Shown: piece by piece, positions 63,370 to 64,000 of the stretch
Layout: each line of letters begins with the position of its first letter
Numbering within the stretch: the first letter of the stretch is position 1
Assembly (NCBI GenBank): GCA_013265495.1
Contig: MU058636.1
Coordinates: 1,860,001-1,924,000, forward strand
DNA length: 64,000 nt
Source: Vicugna vicugna
Taxonomy: Eukaryota
Reading direction: 5' to 3'
Notes under the pieces: model-generated
The model's input: the letters and a program-made list of their open reading frames with translations, nothing else
Told to the model about the DNA's origin: nothing
The model's database searches: none
Position numbers and translations under genes: made by a program

Positions 63370-64000
63370 TGCTTCTTTATTCAAGAAAATCTGTAATAAC
63401 AAGTGTTGGCAAAGATGTGAATAACTGGAGCTCCCACACACCGCAAGTGGGAATGTAAGATGGTACAACCACTTCGGAAGACTCTTTGACAGTGACTATC
63501 AAAACTGACGTGTGCCTCCTCCTATCAGCTAGGAATCCGACTCGAGGATATCAGCCAAAGAGAAACGGGTGTTTATGGCCATCAAAAACACGTAAAACAC
63601 TGTTCATAGCAATGTTGTTCCCCATGACACAAAATTGGAGACAACCTAAAAGTTCTTCAACAAAAGAATGGATAAATAAGAGGTATAGTCTATTCATACT
63701 AAGGAACAGCACCTAGCAATGAAAAACAAACCAACCCCAAAACCACTGTTACTAAGAACAAGGTTGAATCTCATAATCACAATGTTGAGTCAAAGAAGCT
63801 GAACTTAAGCTTAAAAATATACATAATGATGTTTTGTTTTAATGAAGTTGAAAAAACAGGCAAAACTATGGTATTAGAAATCAGAATAGTGGCTACCTTT
63901 GAGGGGTATAATCTGAGAGGGGGCGGAGTTAGAATTGCTCTGTGTCTTGATCAGATAATGATTAGGTAGGTAGTACATATATAAAAACTAATGGAGTTGT
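63370..64000 (+). mobile_element. Old L1 (L1ME-like) 3' fragment
   Basis: AAGTGTTGGCAAAGATGTG...GGGAATGTAAGATGGTACAACCACTT...ATCAGAATAGTGGCTACCTTT. Confidence 0.75.

Noticed and set aside
44676..64000. FLT3 exon 1 and promoter
   Set aside because: No signal-peptide exon or promoter CpG island seen; intron 1 continues past the window edge.

Overview
Mammalian genomic DNA, most likely a camelid (about nine tRNA-Ala-derived SINEs of the camelid Vic-1 type, plus artiodactyl-type L1 3' ends and MER41-like LTRs). The window holds the FLT3 receptor tyrosine kinase gene on the minus strand. I located coding exons 2-24 by eye (5125..44675); all have GT-AG boundaries and join in frame (2957 coding nt). 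The 3' UTR polyA signal is at 4722-4727, and exon 1 lies beyond the right edge. The rest is intronic or intergenic DNA rich in old transposons: L1, L2, MIR, hAT and Tigger elements, and solo LTRs. I found no prokaryote-type system and no second protein-coding gene. Most notable: (1) the kinase reads KIGDFG, with Gly at the x-DFG position where human FLT3 has Cys828; (2) intron 13 is 87 nt and stop-free in frame, so retention would add 29 aa to the juxtamembrane region, reminiscent of an ITD; (3) a 6-aa C-terminal extension, ERNDLV; (4) a SINE-derived AATAAA array just after an in-frame stop in intron 11, suggesting a possible soluble decoy isoform; (5) a multi-level nested transposon stack in intron 1, next to two small inverted blocks; (6) a near-perfect CTCF motif downstream of the gene. 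Human comparisons and repeat family names are from memory and were not searched.
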